Part shown: one piece after another, positions 1 through 18,471 of the stretch
Position numbering within the stretch: the stretch's first letter is position 1
How the letters are laid out: every line of letters starts with the position of its first letter
From: Lingula anatina
Lineage: Eukaryota; Animalia; Brachiopoda
Direction of reading: 5' to 3'
Assembly: GCA_051362555.1 (NCBI GenBank)
Contig: CM120644.1
Location: forward strand, 5,216,954 to 5,280,953
DNA length: 64,000 bases
Made by a program: the position numbers and the translations under genes
Notes under the pieces: model-generated
The model's input: only the letters and a program-made list of their open reading frames with translations
The model's database searches: none
Told to the model about the DNA's origin: nothing

Positions 1-1932
1 CAATTAGCAGAATTCTGTCTTTTATTTAACACCCATCCTCCCAAGACTTGCACAAAGAAAGAAGTGGTCAGTTCTGGGTCATCGTTCTTCACTCTACTGG
101 CTGCCTTTAGAGGACATCATCTCCAAACCAAACGTTATTCCTCCTTCGATATTTTTTGTATAAGAACTGTAAAATTGAGTAATTATGAACAATTTTTTTA
201 ATTCTCTCTGAAGTCCAGCAAGTGTGTATCAGACATGAGCTTTTTCCGCAGGAAAACTGAATTCCGCGTTTTTTAATTCAATTCTGATGGTTCCTGAGAT
301 TCGTCAAGGTAAGTTGTCGGGTCCCTTGATAAATGTTCAGTTTTAATTTAAAAGCGAGGCTCATGTCTGCTGTACAGTTTGGTGGTGTAATTATTTAAAA
401 AAAAAATATTTTATCTGCAAAGTATAATGTATGAAAATAAATAATAAAGTTTATAAGAAGTGATAATAAAACTTAACTTATTATTTATCTAATTCTTCAA
501 AGAAAATGACATTGTAGATGACACCAGTATAATTCGATGCAAAGGGAGACCGTTTTAGTCAACACCAGGGTCTCTGCGGACTTTAAATTATTCCTCAAAT
601 GGCCGCTCTTCTTCTTGTTCTGGAAAATAAAGCTGATGGTTGTACTTGCTTCTCTATGTACGGTTATTAGGCTACTCGATCTTTTCAAATAGGGAAAATT
701 GTGAATTGTACTGATACTGTACTTATTAGGTCATGGTTTCTTGAAATTTGAACATTCTTAAGCAGTGATGGCAAAGCACTTCTATTCTTGGCATTAAAAG
801 CACCACAAATGCTATTTAGGAATATAGAATTATGATTATAAATTAAAGGGGCGTGCCCGTGTTCTGTTATTTAGACCAAAGGTGAAGAGAGATAAGCTTA
901 TAGTTTATTTGATAGATAACCTTTTTACGCTTTCTAACGTCAAAATTGACACTCTAAATAAGGTAAAAACCGAGATAAGCCGACTGTATGCTTAGATACT
1001 GAGACAAGTGTCACCTGCCAAGGTTTTTGTATCTTTAATTTTTACAATATGTTAATGTAGTTATCAAGACGGGATCACTCGCATTCCTTATTCACCTTTC
1101 TGGTGACGCATGACTTAGAGGTCGGCACTTGAACTGTACGCGCCTTTGGTACACGCGCCTTCTTGTTGAGACAACTGAACTGTTGATCTCTGAAGTTTTT
1201 TTAAAGATAGAAATCACCTACAGGATATGGTGTACCTCTTTCGTTCAATACACTGTCAGATTCCTGTGAAATAATCCTTATTGCATTCATGGGCTTTTGC
1301 TTTTTGCATTTTTTTCGTTTGTTTGTTTTGTTTTGTGCTTTGCACATCACTTTTCAACTTGCCGTTTAAATTTGTAGACATGTTTTGTTAAAAACTTGAT
1401 AGTAATCAACATCTTCATTTTAAAGAGTTAACATAAAAAGAAAAATAGGACGAAGTTGATTACCACCCCACTTTTGGTCCTACTGCCTATAAGAGACACA
1501 TCATAGTTTACACAGGCGAGTTAGGGCATTCATCAACAACGAACACCCTTAGAAGAAAAAAAAAGGGGGGATAAGGAGAAATGTAGAGTCCTTCTGAGAC
1601 TATACTCATAGAAAAGCAAAACGAAAAAAAATGCACTAAACTGCTCTTAGATTATTAGTAATAATTGGGTTGATATGTAGGCAGGCGATCATAGATTTTA
1701 TCTGATTCCATTCTCATTCATTCGTATCAAATTTACTGCAATATAATGTAAACAAGTTCGCTATCCTGTAAAATACAGCTTATCTATTTCACCTTTGATC
1801 CAGACTCCTCTAATTAATAGAGGATAATTATAACTCTGTGTTAGAGGAAATGGGATAAAAGTTTGGATTTTTTTTGAGGGGACAGCAGTTTGTTAGTGGT
1901 CCTGTGCTCTCCGTGACTGTCACCACAGAGAA

Positions 1933-6455
<4,523 letters not shown>

Positions 6456-7214
6456 TAACACAAATACGACTACGATTCTTGTTTGACTTGAGGATTTTAT
6501 GTTAGCGGTGCAAATGAAAGCAAAAGCATGAAGATTATAATTTGGATTTTTTTCGAGAGAGACATTGGTCTTGAAGAATAAGTAAAATGGTCAAGTAAAC
6601 TTAATTGTGGCGTTTTTGAGATCATAGTAAGCTTTGTAGTGAGAACGGAGGATTTGCTGTTCCGTTTAAGTTAGTCAATTTTTTTCTCTTTTGTGCTTAA
6701 TGTGTTAATGTCAGATTTAACAGATGGATGATTATTCATGATGGGAAACGTCTAAAAAAGAACTGTGACAAATGTTGCAAAACTAAGTGGATGTCCTCAA
6801 AGTCAAAGATCAAACTTAACGTAAACTATGTGCCGACATTTGAAAACCATCAAATATGGTATGAGAATAATCTTTCGACAACCTTTAGTGGTTTATTATG
6901 GAAAATAAACATGTATAGTTCGCATTATCTTTAATTGTTATAATTACGTGTTTGTGTTTGTGAAATTGTAAAAATATCAGATAAATGGAACTGAAGGGTG
7001 TCGTTTTGTGCCAATTAATCTAAATTGCAATTACGGAATAAAACTCCCATTTCTATTGCGTTTTATTCTAATCATGTCACTGAAAACAACTGACTAAAGC
7101 AGCGCTTTGTGGTATGGGGACAGTTATAACTTGGTTCAAATCCCACTTAACTGGTTGAAATCAACGGGGCTCGATATCATCTATTCTGTTTGTGTACCAC
7201 AAGGGACATTGTTC

Positions 7215-7247
<33 letters not shown>

Positions 7248-7804
7248 TTCATAAAGAGCTCAACCGATAGTTTTAATTTAAAAGACCATCGGCACTAGTA
7301 ACGCTTTTGTTGTTTACTCTCAAATCTGTTAGTGAATCTGTTGATAAATTATCTCAGGAAAATCAGAAGAGACATCCGGTGTTTTTGTCGTAAAGATGTA
7401 CGAGGATGGAGAAAATCAAATTAACTCTTCTTACATGATGATATAAATAGTTTATTTGCGTTGCGTTTCTCTATAGTGACACAGGTGGGTAAGAAAGCCT
7501 CGATGTAAGGAACTGCGACGTTAGGTCACTAGAAACTGTACAAAAAGAGGCCCTATCTATGTTATATTATATAGCCATATATTATCAAAACGTAACATTC
7601 CATTTGTCATGTGTTCTTCATTTATACATTGGTTCAGAGTTGATTCAAATAATATTTTCTTAGTATTCTACAAGTAGTATACATGTTGTGCATTTTAATA
7701 ATAAAATAGTACTTCTGGTCATCTCGTTTTTGATCGAGCCGTCGGTCGGATTAATTTTTTTTTTACAATATACTGTTAAAAAGTGATAACACGAAAACCC
7801 TTGG

Positions 7805-7923
7805 GGTCACAAGGTCAGGTATTGGTCACGTGGATAGCCATTGGTCACGAGGTCAGTCATTGGACACCAGGTCAGTCAGTGGTCACGAGGTCAGTCAGTG
7901 GTCACAAGGTCAGTCATTGGTCA
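7805..7923. repeat. 19-bp tandem repeat (about 6 units, consensus GGTCACRAGGTCAGTCAKT)
   Basis: Units readable directly; overlaps the last codons and stop of CYP A. Confidence 0.9.
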
Positions 7924-10294
7924 GATCCCTTGGCCTGGCGCACACACGGAACCTCGGGGGCACGTACACCGCTCCCGTGGTGCCAGCTAGTTTAGGAAGC
8001 ACTTCTCCCTTAGGCACGTGGAACGTGAACGTCTGGACTAGGGCAGTTAACACCAGAAACATCTCATGGCGAGCTAAAATTTCTCCAGGGCAGGAGCGTT
8101 TTCCTAAAAAAAAAAAAAAAACAAAGAAGTATCATTGCTGTATTGATGACCATCCATACTAGTACGCGTGTTGCTCGCGTAGTTAAAATATTTGAAAATG
8201 ATATGAAATGATTTTGAAAAGTTTTTAAACTTAAGCTGACAGCATCATGTATCTTAGCCATACTTACATTAAATACAAAAAAGTATGTACCTTGATACTT
8301 AACTATGAAACGCAGATGTTATTGAAATAATAAAGGACACGAGTAGAAAACGGTTTGATTTTCCGCAGTGATTAAATAAACTACGTCACAAAGGGTGTTT
8401 TAATATGTTTTCTGATATGTGTTTAAAGTTACAAAAGTTTACCTATGGAAAATGGGATAAACGTCTCGACTTTTTTTAAGATGCCGTATTCATCGAAAAA
8501 CCTCGAAGGTCGAAATTCTCGTGGGTTGGGCCAGAGATCCTCATTCATAAAAACAGACCAATAATTCGCTAAAATGCTTGTTCCTTCGGGAATGACATAT
8601 CCCCCAATAATTGTGTCCTTTGTAGCCTTGTGTGGTAGAGAGAACGGTGCAATATAATTGCAGCGTTGTATTTCCATTAGCGTAGCGTTAACATAGGGGA
8701 GATGCGGCCTGTCGGCAAGTCTGGGGCGTCGTGTCTTTCCTACGACTTCATCCAATTCTGCATGGATCTTTTCATACACGTCAGGGTTAGATAAGAGGCA
8801 CAGCATTCCCCAAGTTAGTGTCGTCGACGTTGTTTCTGATCCCCCGAGATAAAGTGACTGGCAGTTAGCAAGCAAGTCTTCGTCCGTATACAGCCACTTT
8901 TGATCAGAGTCACCCTCTTTAAATTGGTGCAGAAAAGCGTCGACAAGACCTCTCGTGGCGCGTGCATCGTACCCCAATTTGTGCTGGTCTAGCAGCCTTT
9001 TGACGTGGCTTGCAAACGTGTTCCACGCCACCTTGCCTTCGCTACACTGAGGCAAAAATGAAAGGAAAGGGAGAAAGTTTTGAATTGAAGCTTGAGCACT
9101 GAGTTCGGCTGCATGGCGATAGGAGCCGACCAAATTTATGAAATTCGGGTCGTCGTAGTCCTGTCTGCCTCCAAATAAAATACTCCCTATGACGTTTGAT
9201 CCCGTAGAGCTGATGGTGCTGTTGAAATCGAACGGTTCGCCGTTTGTATTTCGGATGTACTGCAGCAGAGCGTCAATCTCATTTTCAGTTTGTTTCTCAA
9301 TGTCAGCTTTTGCCAGATACTTCAGGGTAAATTCCCGGTAAGCTCTTTGTTTCATGCTGTAATCAGCACATACTAACCCTGGTAAAATAATGCGCATATA
9401 GTTGATAAAAAAGTACAAACAGTTTCTTTAAACAACAATAAAAATTTTCATTTCACTCGTAATTGACGTTCATTTTGTAAGATAATTACTCGTGTCGAAG
9501 CTTTACGCAGATTAATGGAGATCAGTGTCTCATTTGCGGCTCCCCAATCATCTCCTATATTGTGCGCCAAGTTTCCCGACTTGCATTTCACCTATTATTT
9601 GTATGGATAGTTAAAGGTGCATGAAATTCGATATTTTGCAGCATTTTCTTGTCATTTTATAGATAAAAATTATGTAAGCCGTCTACTTTTGTAATGATTG
9701 GCAGCTCCTTATCTTCCAGTGCCGTAATGATTCTAAATCCCGACACTGCAAGGATATTAAAAAGAAAGCACAAAAATGCAGATCTCAGATAATGATGCAG
9801 TGTGGTCTTTACATGTAGTGCAAGGCTGACATGAGACTTTAGATCTGTTACGGTAGAGATGATGGCCTTGTAGTAACTCATTAGCTTTACACGCCTCTCC
9901 CCCCCCCCCCCCCCCATGTCACATGCAGTACGGATCACTCACCTTTCCCATGGAGAAAATCTAGAGTCGGAATATACGGTCTGCCAGAAGACAGGGCTCC
10001 CTTTCTCTGAAACACATCTCGGATAGCTTCATAACCGTTCAATATAATCGCTGTGGTGATCCCCATCTTCACAGTGAATATGTTACCGTAGATCTTGGCC
10101 CACTCCATCAGGGTAAGCTGAGGGTCTTTCCCAAGGAAAGGCAGCACGCCTACCAATGGGAGCCCCCATGGACCCGGGGGAAGGTTGTTCCTCTTGCGGC
10201 TCCGCACAAAAACAAAGATTAAAGCCACAAAAACAACTACCAACAGCAGTGTAGAACCGACAAATGGGTCAACTACAGATCCAAGCACGGACAT
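7910..10294 (-). CDS. Cytochrome P450, clan 2 (CYP2-like), gene A, 493 aa
   Basis: Exons 10294-9943, 9378-8443, 8103-7910 (352+936+194 nt, phase-1 GT-AG introns). N-terminal TM anchor and PPGPWGLP hinge, I-helix GGSETTSTTL, K-helix EIQR, heme motif PFSIGKRSCPGE. Confidence 0.95.
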
Positions 10295-11303
10295 TTTAAA
10301 TGTGACTTAAACAGCGACGTTTATCTTAAACTTGTGCACAACCTCCACAACACCCAGCCGATATCTCGTAGCACACAGTTTTTCTCTGACCAATAGAAGT
10401 CACCCGTAGTCTCTTTCAAATCGATTGCGTTTTCTCCAGTTAGACTGTTTTGTATACCAAAATAAAGACCTTTGTGATACCAGAGTATGGTTTGCAGCCC
10501 ATATGTACAGGGAAACTGTGTATCGGATAGATGGGTAAACGTCCAATGTCACCAGTGATTACGTAACAAAACTATTGTAGATTGTGAGGTTACGGGGTGG
10601 GGGGAACTCGGGTTAAGCAATGATCTTTGAGTAAAGAGAGCTGGGTATGTCCAACAAAAGGACGGGTCACACATTGGTCAAGCATTGTAAAGGCATAAAT
10701 GTTTGTGACTATTATTAAGTGATCCATTACAAAGATTAAGCGGTAAGTTAATATTTACCAGCAGCTAGTACACAGATAATATGGATAAGCTGGCTATTGA
10801 TACAAGCGTTTGGTCAGCGCTATCTAGCGTAGTCAAACAGATTTAGACAACTTTAAGCTGGTGACAGTGGAAGTTCTTAGTACACAGTGTTCTATATATT
10901 ATAAGGTAGTCCAGGATACCTGCCTCAAGGATGGAAGACCTTTATTGCTGGGGACAAGTAATGACCCTTACCAAAGAATAGATACAAAATATAGATAAAG
11001 GAATAAAGAGGAGTTCTGACACGGTCCAGCCTACCGGTATATTTTTCGTAACAATTACTGTATTGGTCTTTTGCAGCTAGACTTTCTGTGTTTACTGATC
11101 TGAAGAGCAAGCCATTCAGTAAACAAAAGATTCGAAGTCAACATCTATTCAACTAGCTGCAGAATGCCTATAATCTCAGTGGGCTGACCTTGGGCCCCCT
11201 GTTGGCCATCCGTTCTCTCCCAATATACATACAGCTATATATCACTCTGCTTCGAGATATTGATACAAGGCTCTGCGCGGGTTAACGTTTAGAGTAACGT
11301 GAA
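10295..11303. promoter_or_regulatory. Shared about 1-kb divergent promoter region of CYP A and CYP B
   Basis: Head-to-head ATGs 1009 bp apart; TATA-like CTATATAT near 11236; TGACCTTGG (reverse complement CCAAGGTCA, NR5A-type site) at 11185-11193. Confidence 0.5.
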
Positions 11304-14300
11304 ATGACTCTACTCCAAATCGCAGTTGCTCCTTTTCCCGATACGCCTGTGCTATTGTGCGCAGTCGTGGTGATTTTCCTTCTTATTCTATGGAAGCAAC
11401 TTAAGACTAACGGACTACCTCCGGGTCCCTGGGGTTTCCCAGTGGTCGGAGTTCTCCCCTTCCTTGGGACAGATCCTCACCTCGTCATGGTGGGATGGGC
11501 TAAGAAGTATGGCGACATATTCAGCGTTAGATTGGGCACCAAGACAACCGTTGTATTGACCGGTTATGAAGCTATCCGAGATGTGTTTCAGAGAAAGGGA
11601 GCGCTGACTTCTGGAAGACCGCGTATTCCGACTTTTGATTTTCTCCATGGGAAAGGTGAGTGCCCGTTGGACTGCACTGCGCTCTTTAAGTTGTGTTAAG
11701 AAGTGACTTACGGGACCTATTTAAGGGCGACAATACATATACTGTCATCATGTCAAATCAATACATTCAAAACCCTTAAAGAAAAAACTTCTGGGTTTAT
11801 TGTACTCAAATATAAACGGAGTCATATCAATATTTAAATTTGAAAATATGTTATCTGTCCGATGTAATGGAATTGTTTACTTGGGCCTTTACAAACTACA
11901 GTGATACTAAAAATCTATTGATATATCACCGATATATCTGATGGGAACATTTCCATCATTTTTCGTCTAACGCTACACCATACTCAAGTCTGAAGAATGC
12001 TTAATTTCTATACCAAATTTCAAGATGGTGCATAGAGATTGACAAAATTCTTGTTCATATTTCTGGTTGTCGTAATCAAATACAGTTTATGTGATACCCC
12101 TCACTCCCAAGCGTGCTTGCATACAACAATTATATAACATAGTCGCAGCTTCATGGCACCTGTTGTGGATACACGTGGAAGAAGCAAACTAACACGGAGG
12201 AGAAGGAGAATGCCAAGGATGTATAGTAAAAAAGAAGAAAAATAGTAAAGTGATGCATTGCATGTACAGTATACACTACAAACAAATTATATCTATGCTG
12301 CGCATCGATATAATTACGCTCTTGTATTTTGCATATAGTGGACTTGTTGTAACTAGTGCATACATGTAGGTCAAGGCTGATTATAACCTTGTGGATACGT
12401 CCAGTCCTGGTCATATTGCACCGTTTACCTGTACATACCTGTGAACTGTAAGTGCTATCATGAACAGTAAACAAGAACATACAAATACTCTTGAATTGTG
12501 ACAAAGTATACTGCCAAAGAGAAGATAAAGTAGAGATCTTATTTAGATTTACACGTTTGACTGTTTAAATGAAAGAAATTCTGAGAAAAAAAAATCAACA
12601 TTCCATTTGGTTGAAAAGTATATGTGGTGCCATGAAAATAACATCTGTACTAGTGACAAGAAAAAAACAACTACATTTGATTATGATCCATTTGGGCGAA
12701 ATACGACGAAAAGTGTACATTACTGTTTTCATATTTCACATTCATATTGATAATTTAACAGCAAATAATATATAGACAATTCATTTCCTTTTAGTGATTT
12801 CTCTCCTACCAAAAAAGTGTCAACCCTACCGCATTTATGTACATTGTCTCAAACTACGTATACTTTGTTTTCCAAACGTATTTCGAATACTGCAACTGTT
12901 TTAATTTTAGGTTTTTTATGCACCGATTACTGTACGAGGCAGAGGACTCAGCGAGAATTTACCTTAAAATACCTAGCAAAAGCTGACACCGAGAAGCAAA
13001 CTGAAGATGAGATTGACGCTCTGCTTCAATACATCCGCAATAAAAATGGCGAACCGTTCGATTTCAACAGCACCATCAGTGCCACTGTATCCAACATCAT
13101 AGGTAGCATTCTGTTCGGAGGCAGACAGGAGTACGATGATCCAGATTTCAAACATTTGGTCGATTCATACCATGCTGCATCCAGATTAAGCGCCCAGGCC
13201 TCGTTTCAGAATTTCCTGCCATTTCTTTCGTTTTTACCGCAATGTAAAAATGGAAACGAGGCTTGGAATGTATTTGCAAGCCAAGTAAAATGTTTGCTAG
13301 ATCAGCACAGATTGGGATATGATCCAGGCGCCACGAGAGGTCTGGTCGATGCTTTTCTGCACCAATCAAATCAAGGAGACTCGGATAATTCTTTTGCATT
13401 TAATGATGAGGATCTAATAGCAAATTGCCAGACGCTCTATCTCGGGGGATCGGAAACAACGTCAACAACACTAACCTGGGGAATGCTGTACCTCTTATCT
13501 AACCCTGACGTCTGTGAAAAGATCCATGCAGAATTGGAAGAAGTCGTAGGAAAGACACGACGCCCCAGTCTTGCCGACAGGCCGCATCTCCCCTATGTTA
13601 ACGCTACGCTAATGGAAATACAACGCTGTAATTATATTGGACCGCTGTCGCTTCCTCATAAAGCGATACGTGATACCACTATTAATGGCTACGTGATCCC
13701 TGAAGGAACGACAATCATGGCAAACTTTTGGTCTGTGTTCATGGATGAAAAAAATTGGTCCAATCCTCGTGAATTTCGACCTACAAGGTTTCTAGACGAA
13801 GATGGAAACTTGAAAAAGATCGAGGCTTTCATCCCGTTTTCCCTAGGTAATATTTTGAAAAACCCCTAAACCTTATGGCATTTATTCTGTTTTATTAGCC
13901 TTTTTTTCAATACGTGATTTGCCCCTTCTGAGCTGTTGGCATTTTCAGATGATCCAGTGAATTCTATTTTCCGTCCCAGTCGCCTATTGTAACAATGATA
14001 TAATCAATTAATGGAAATATCCCTTTCTGTTTTCATTTTTAATAAGGTAAGAGGAATTAAAGACACGATGACATATACAATGTTGTAAAGTGTCATGTAA
14101 GCGTGATCGGTATACTTTATAACAGACAGATTTTCTTTTCTATGTATGCAAATTAAGACCTGTGCATGCGTTAATTAAATCAAAACATAAAACATCTTCA
14201 CATCTCCATTCAAATACAAATACTGATATCTTTATTTGCTGTTTAAGGAAAACGCTCCTGCCCTGGAGAGACTGTTGCTCGTCAGGAAATGTTTCTGGTC

Positions 14301-14429
14301 ATAGCTGCCTTGGTCCAGACTTTCACCTTCCACGTGCCAGAGGGAGAGGCGATTCCAGATCCAGATGGTAGCTTAGGACTCCTGTACGAGCCCCCAAGAT
14401 ACCGGGTATGTGCCAGACCAAGGGACTGA
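11304..14429 (+). CDS. Cytochrome P450, clan 2 (CYP2-like), gene B, 489 aa
   Basis: Exons 11304-11655, 12911-13846, 14248-14429 (352+936+182 nt); same motifs as gene A, with heme motif PFSLGKRSCPGE. Confidence 0.95.
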
Positions 14430-16036
14430 TTTATGTTTCGACTCCTCATCACCGGGGTTGCGGTTCGTTTCGCTTACCTGCTGTGAGGATATGTGGAAGA
14501 GTACATACGTAGAAATAAATTCTGAAATCCTGTTGCCTCGATGAATATATACGGGCAGATCCTTCGAATATTTTTGGCCGTTTCATTTTGGGGAGCAAAC
14601 AGCTGTTTAACTTTTTTAGCTTGTGTGTTTGTAGGTTAAAATACATTGTGAGGTGAATTCAACTGATGACCAAAATCAGTAAATTAGTTTTGGAAAACAA
14701 TTCACATATTCATTTTGCTGAACCTCTTGGTGACATACAGACAAAACTGAAAGCTGATTACTTAATGTCACAAGCTCTCTCTGCCAATGAGATGCTACCC
14801 TTAGTTAATGAAATGCTCAAAATGGTACAGAAAAATGGAGAAAATACACCTCACCCCCCCTAAAAAAAGCAATGACTTAAAATCACGTACTTTCCTTTTC
14901 AAATATTTAGCAGAACTACGAAGAAAGCCATTCTTTGGCTTTTCAGTCATTGCTTCCCGCCTTTTATCGCATTTACACGGTCCTATATAAGATATAAAAT
15001 GGCGAAAAAAGAATAAAAAGAATATGAAGTTGTCTACATCAAGTTGCAATCCATGGAATATTAAAAAAAAAAAGCGCATGCCCGATTATATAAACTGTGT
15101 GTCAAATAATTAATATCGGAGGTAAAAAAAAAATCACACCAATGGGATCCCCTCTTGAAATTAGAATTTTGACTAGCTGAATCATAGTTGTAAACCGTAC
15201 CAAATGACGCCGTTCGCCCCTGGGGGTGGGGGTGGGTGGTGTTGGCTTCGCATCCGCATAATCGGATCCGCCCCAGTTGATCACTTAATTTGCTTCTGAT
15301 CAACTCTTCGTCTGTTTTAAATTGGGATTACATTGCTCTTAGTATGGAGCACACCACAGGTCATGTGACAAACAGAGAAACAATACTCTTCAAACTGTTT
15401 ATAGCACGTATAAGCAGAGTTTTATTTATCTTGTTTTTCATTTATTGTTTCTTTATTGATCTTTTTATCATTACATAGAAAAATACCTTCTGGCTTTCAG
15501 TAAAAACATGGTTATTATTCTTTTCTCTGATTGCTTATGGAACCTGCAAGGGCAGTGAACTACTAACCGTATGAAGTACAATGAGTAAATGAGACAAAAT
15601 CTACGTCATTTTTTGTATGTAAAGATAAGAAGAGCGGTCAATATCATATTTACACCATATATAACTATACATCGTGACTTTATATTGTCTCATATGGCCT
15701 CATTTAACATAATTATCAAATAATGCTTTTCCCATCAAAATAAGGCTTGGTACCGTTACAACTTAATCTGCCTCTGAGCTGCAACCAAACATCATCAGCA
15801 CATCTGCTGTATAGATTTTACACTGTGAAGAATACACCATACAAGTGCCCTAATTACTACTACTACTATGAGATATGCTTCAAAATCATCCATACATTGT
15901 GACACCAGCATTTCCGCTATAAAACATATGTAGGTGTCAACTAAATAGTGTCGTATGACTTGATGTTAGGCAACAGTCCCTCATTGTTATTATGTGTGTA
16001 AAAAAGATCACACGGGAGATCATCAGCAAACAGTAA

Positions 16037-17150
16037 AGGCACTGTCACACTCTAGCGTATAGTACTCACGTATGAGGACATTTACACATACGCAGACAAA
16101 CACAAGGGGTATGTTAGACTAACGTGGTATACGTTTCAAGTACGAAGAAAAGCAGTGGTGTACATTCACCTCCGCGGATTTAAAAATTGTTTTCAACCTG
16201 TCCACACTTTTCAGCGTACTCAAGCACGAATTGCATACTTGGTAACGGTAGGGAAACGCCAAATCAGGTAGCGTGTCGGTTAAGGTACGTAATACTACGC
16301 TCTTCGTGGTGGTTGGCTTAACTTGTGTATGCGTAACGTAAACGTAATGTAAAGCTGATGACCGAGTCATTTATTTACCATATAAAAGACTACTGATTGG
16401 TATATGTTAACGTAAACCTGCTGTATATTTACGTACCTCTTGCGTATAGAAGCGTATGCCAAACGTTCATCGTTTACCTAACGCGTGATTATCGTGTGAA
16501 AAGCGTACCCTTTGCGCTATGTCATACATGGTGCAATGAGAGATATATTTCCACATATTTATCACTGCTGTTCGAGATGGAGGATAAGTAGTGTATAAGA
16601 GCGTTTGAATACGGTATATGGGCATATATGAGTTACGCGTAAGGATATGGGTGATAAATGTGTTCTACTGTTTTGCTGATGACTATGATCTGAAAACTGG
16701 ATCAGATCCAGTGTTAGAAAATATATAACTCTATCCTCTCTGTATGGAAAAACAGTGATAAAGAAGTGAGGATTGAACTCTGATTAAAACTCAAATGACA
16801 AAAAGCGAGCGGGAATACGTTAATCATGTGTTATCAAGATGTCTATAGCGACCACCGCATTAGAAGTGTGACTTGGATCGTGTCCTAGAGTTTTTGTCGA
16901 ATGCCTGGCGTAACCCTAATGTATGGGTATTGTACAAATTATACTAGGTGCATGAAAGCTGAATTTTTGAACATGCTTGAAAATGTATACCCCATTTTGC
17001 ATTAAACGTGGTAGCGTACACAAACGTTTGCTTATGTACTCGAAAGACGTACAGCGCATTTCCAACGAACCCATTGCGTTTGACTGCGTATGAGCAATTT
17101 AATTTTTTTACTTTAGTAGGGCAGCGCTTTATTTTAGTCCGTTTGAACAA
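16037..17150. mobile_element. Probable non-autonomous DNA transposon remnant (ACGT/CpG-rich)
   Basis: Starts TAAAGGCACTGTCACAC (Harbinger-like end); unusually dense ACGT/GCGT words compared with the flanks. No matching right TIR found, so boundaries are approximate. Confidence 0.35.
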
Positions 17151-17476
17151 CGATGTATAAGATATTGACCATCATAAGATATGCAGTTCATCATCGGTTT
17201 GTACAACACTTAATTGTATTTCATTTTTGCCAAAGGACCAAGCCTGCTTCGGTTTTACTTTGTTTTCATAACTGTTGATATGCAAAAGTATGAAGTGTTA
17301 TGTTTTATTCACATTTCAAGGAGGTTTAAATTAATAAGAATAATAAAAATAATAATAATGATAATAATAATAATGAATTAATAACTCATTATTGATGTAC
17401 GTATGGGTTGCGTATGTATGAGTTTGTGTGTACTATGACATCCTTACATCCTTGAAATGCATATTTAAGAATTGCA

Positions 17477-18289
17477 ATGTCAACCACACGCCAGAAAGAA
17501 ATATTGGCTAAGATTAATAGCGGAAACACAGCGACAGGCAACGTAGAGGACACCTTAAGGTTTTATAGTCAGTGGGCACCCACCTTTGACGAAGATAACG
17601 AGGTATTTATATCGACCTTGACCCTTGGTATCAGATAAAATATAACCTTTTCCATTGTGTCCCCAATGGCCGATAGTGTACTGTATAAAGGAAAACGGGA
17701 TTGACCACAACTTTGTGTAAGCTGGGGGGGGGGGGTACATTTAGAAAGGTGTGGTATCAAACCCAATATTTTGTTTCGAATATACTTACTGGGGAAGGGG
17801 GAGGGGGGCCTCTAATTAAGAGATGCTTGTTTGCAACAAACTATCCAGAAATAGTCTACTGTAGAAAGAAAAAATGGATGGAACACAACTCGGTGTAAAG
17901 TTAGGGTGGGTGGGGGGTTTACATTTTAGAAGGGAATGGTACTGATTCCAATATTCTATTTCGAAAAGACTTGCGGGTTGGGGGGGAAGGGGAAGGAGAG
18001 GGTTCCTTAATTTTATATATGTATGGAAACAACAAACCCATATCTGAATGTTGTCCTTTTACAGGTTATACAGCACAAAGGACCAGAAGTGGTGGCCCAA
18101 GCTGTCGATCAAATATTAGGCAAAAAGAGAGATGCTGTCATATTGGATGCGGGAGCAGCCACTGGGGTGGTCGGGGTAGAGGTATGTAGAAGTACATCAA
18201 ATTTACTTTATAGAGAGACACATATAAAAATTATGTAAAAATTATAGAGAGAGACACTATAAAAATTAGAAAGCAAACCCAAACTATAA

Positions 18290-18344
<55 letters not shown>

Positions 18345-18437
18345 TGAATCTCTCTAGCCCTAAGATGTTCTTCTGGGTCTTTTTTCTGTGTGTCAGCTGT
18401 TCCTGCAGCTTAGGCAGTGCTTTTCGCAATATGCCAG

Positions 18438-18471
<34 letters not shown>

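Noticed and set aside
1-700. Possible coding or transposon remnant, including ORF 497-688 (-)
   Set aside because: No recognisable motif and no consistent splice or frame pattern.
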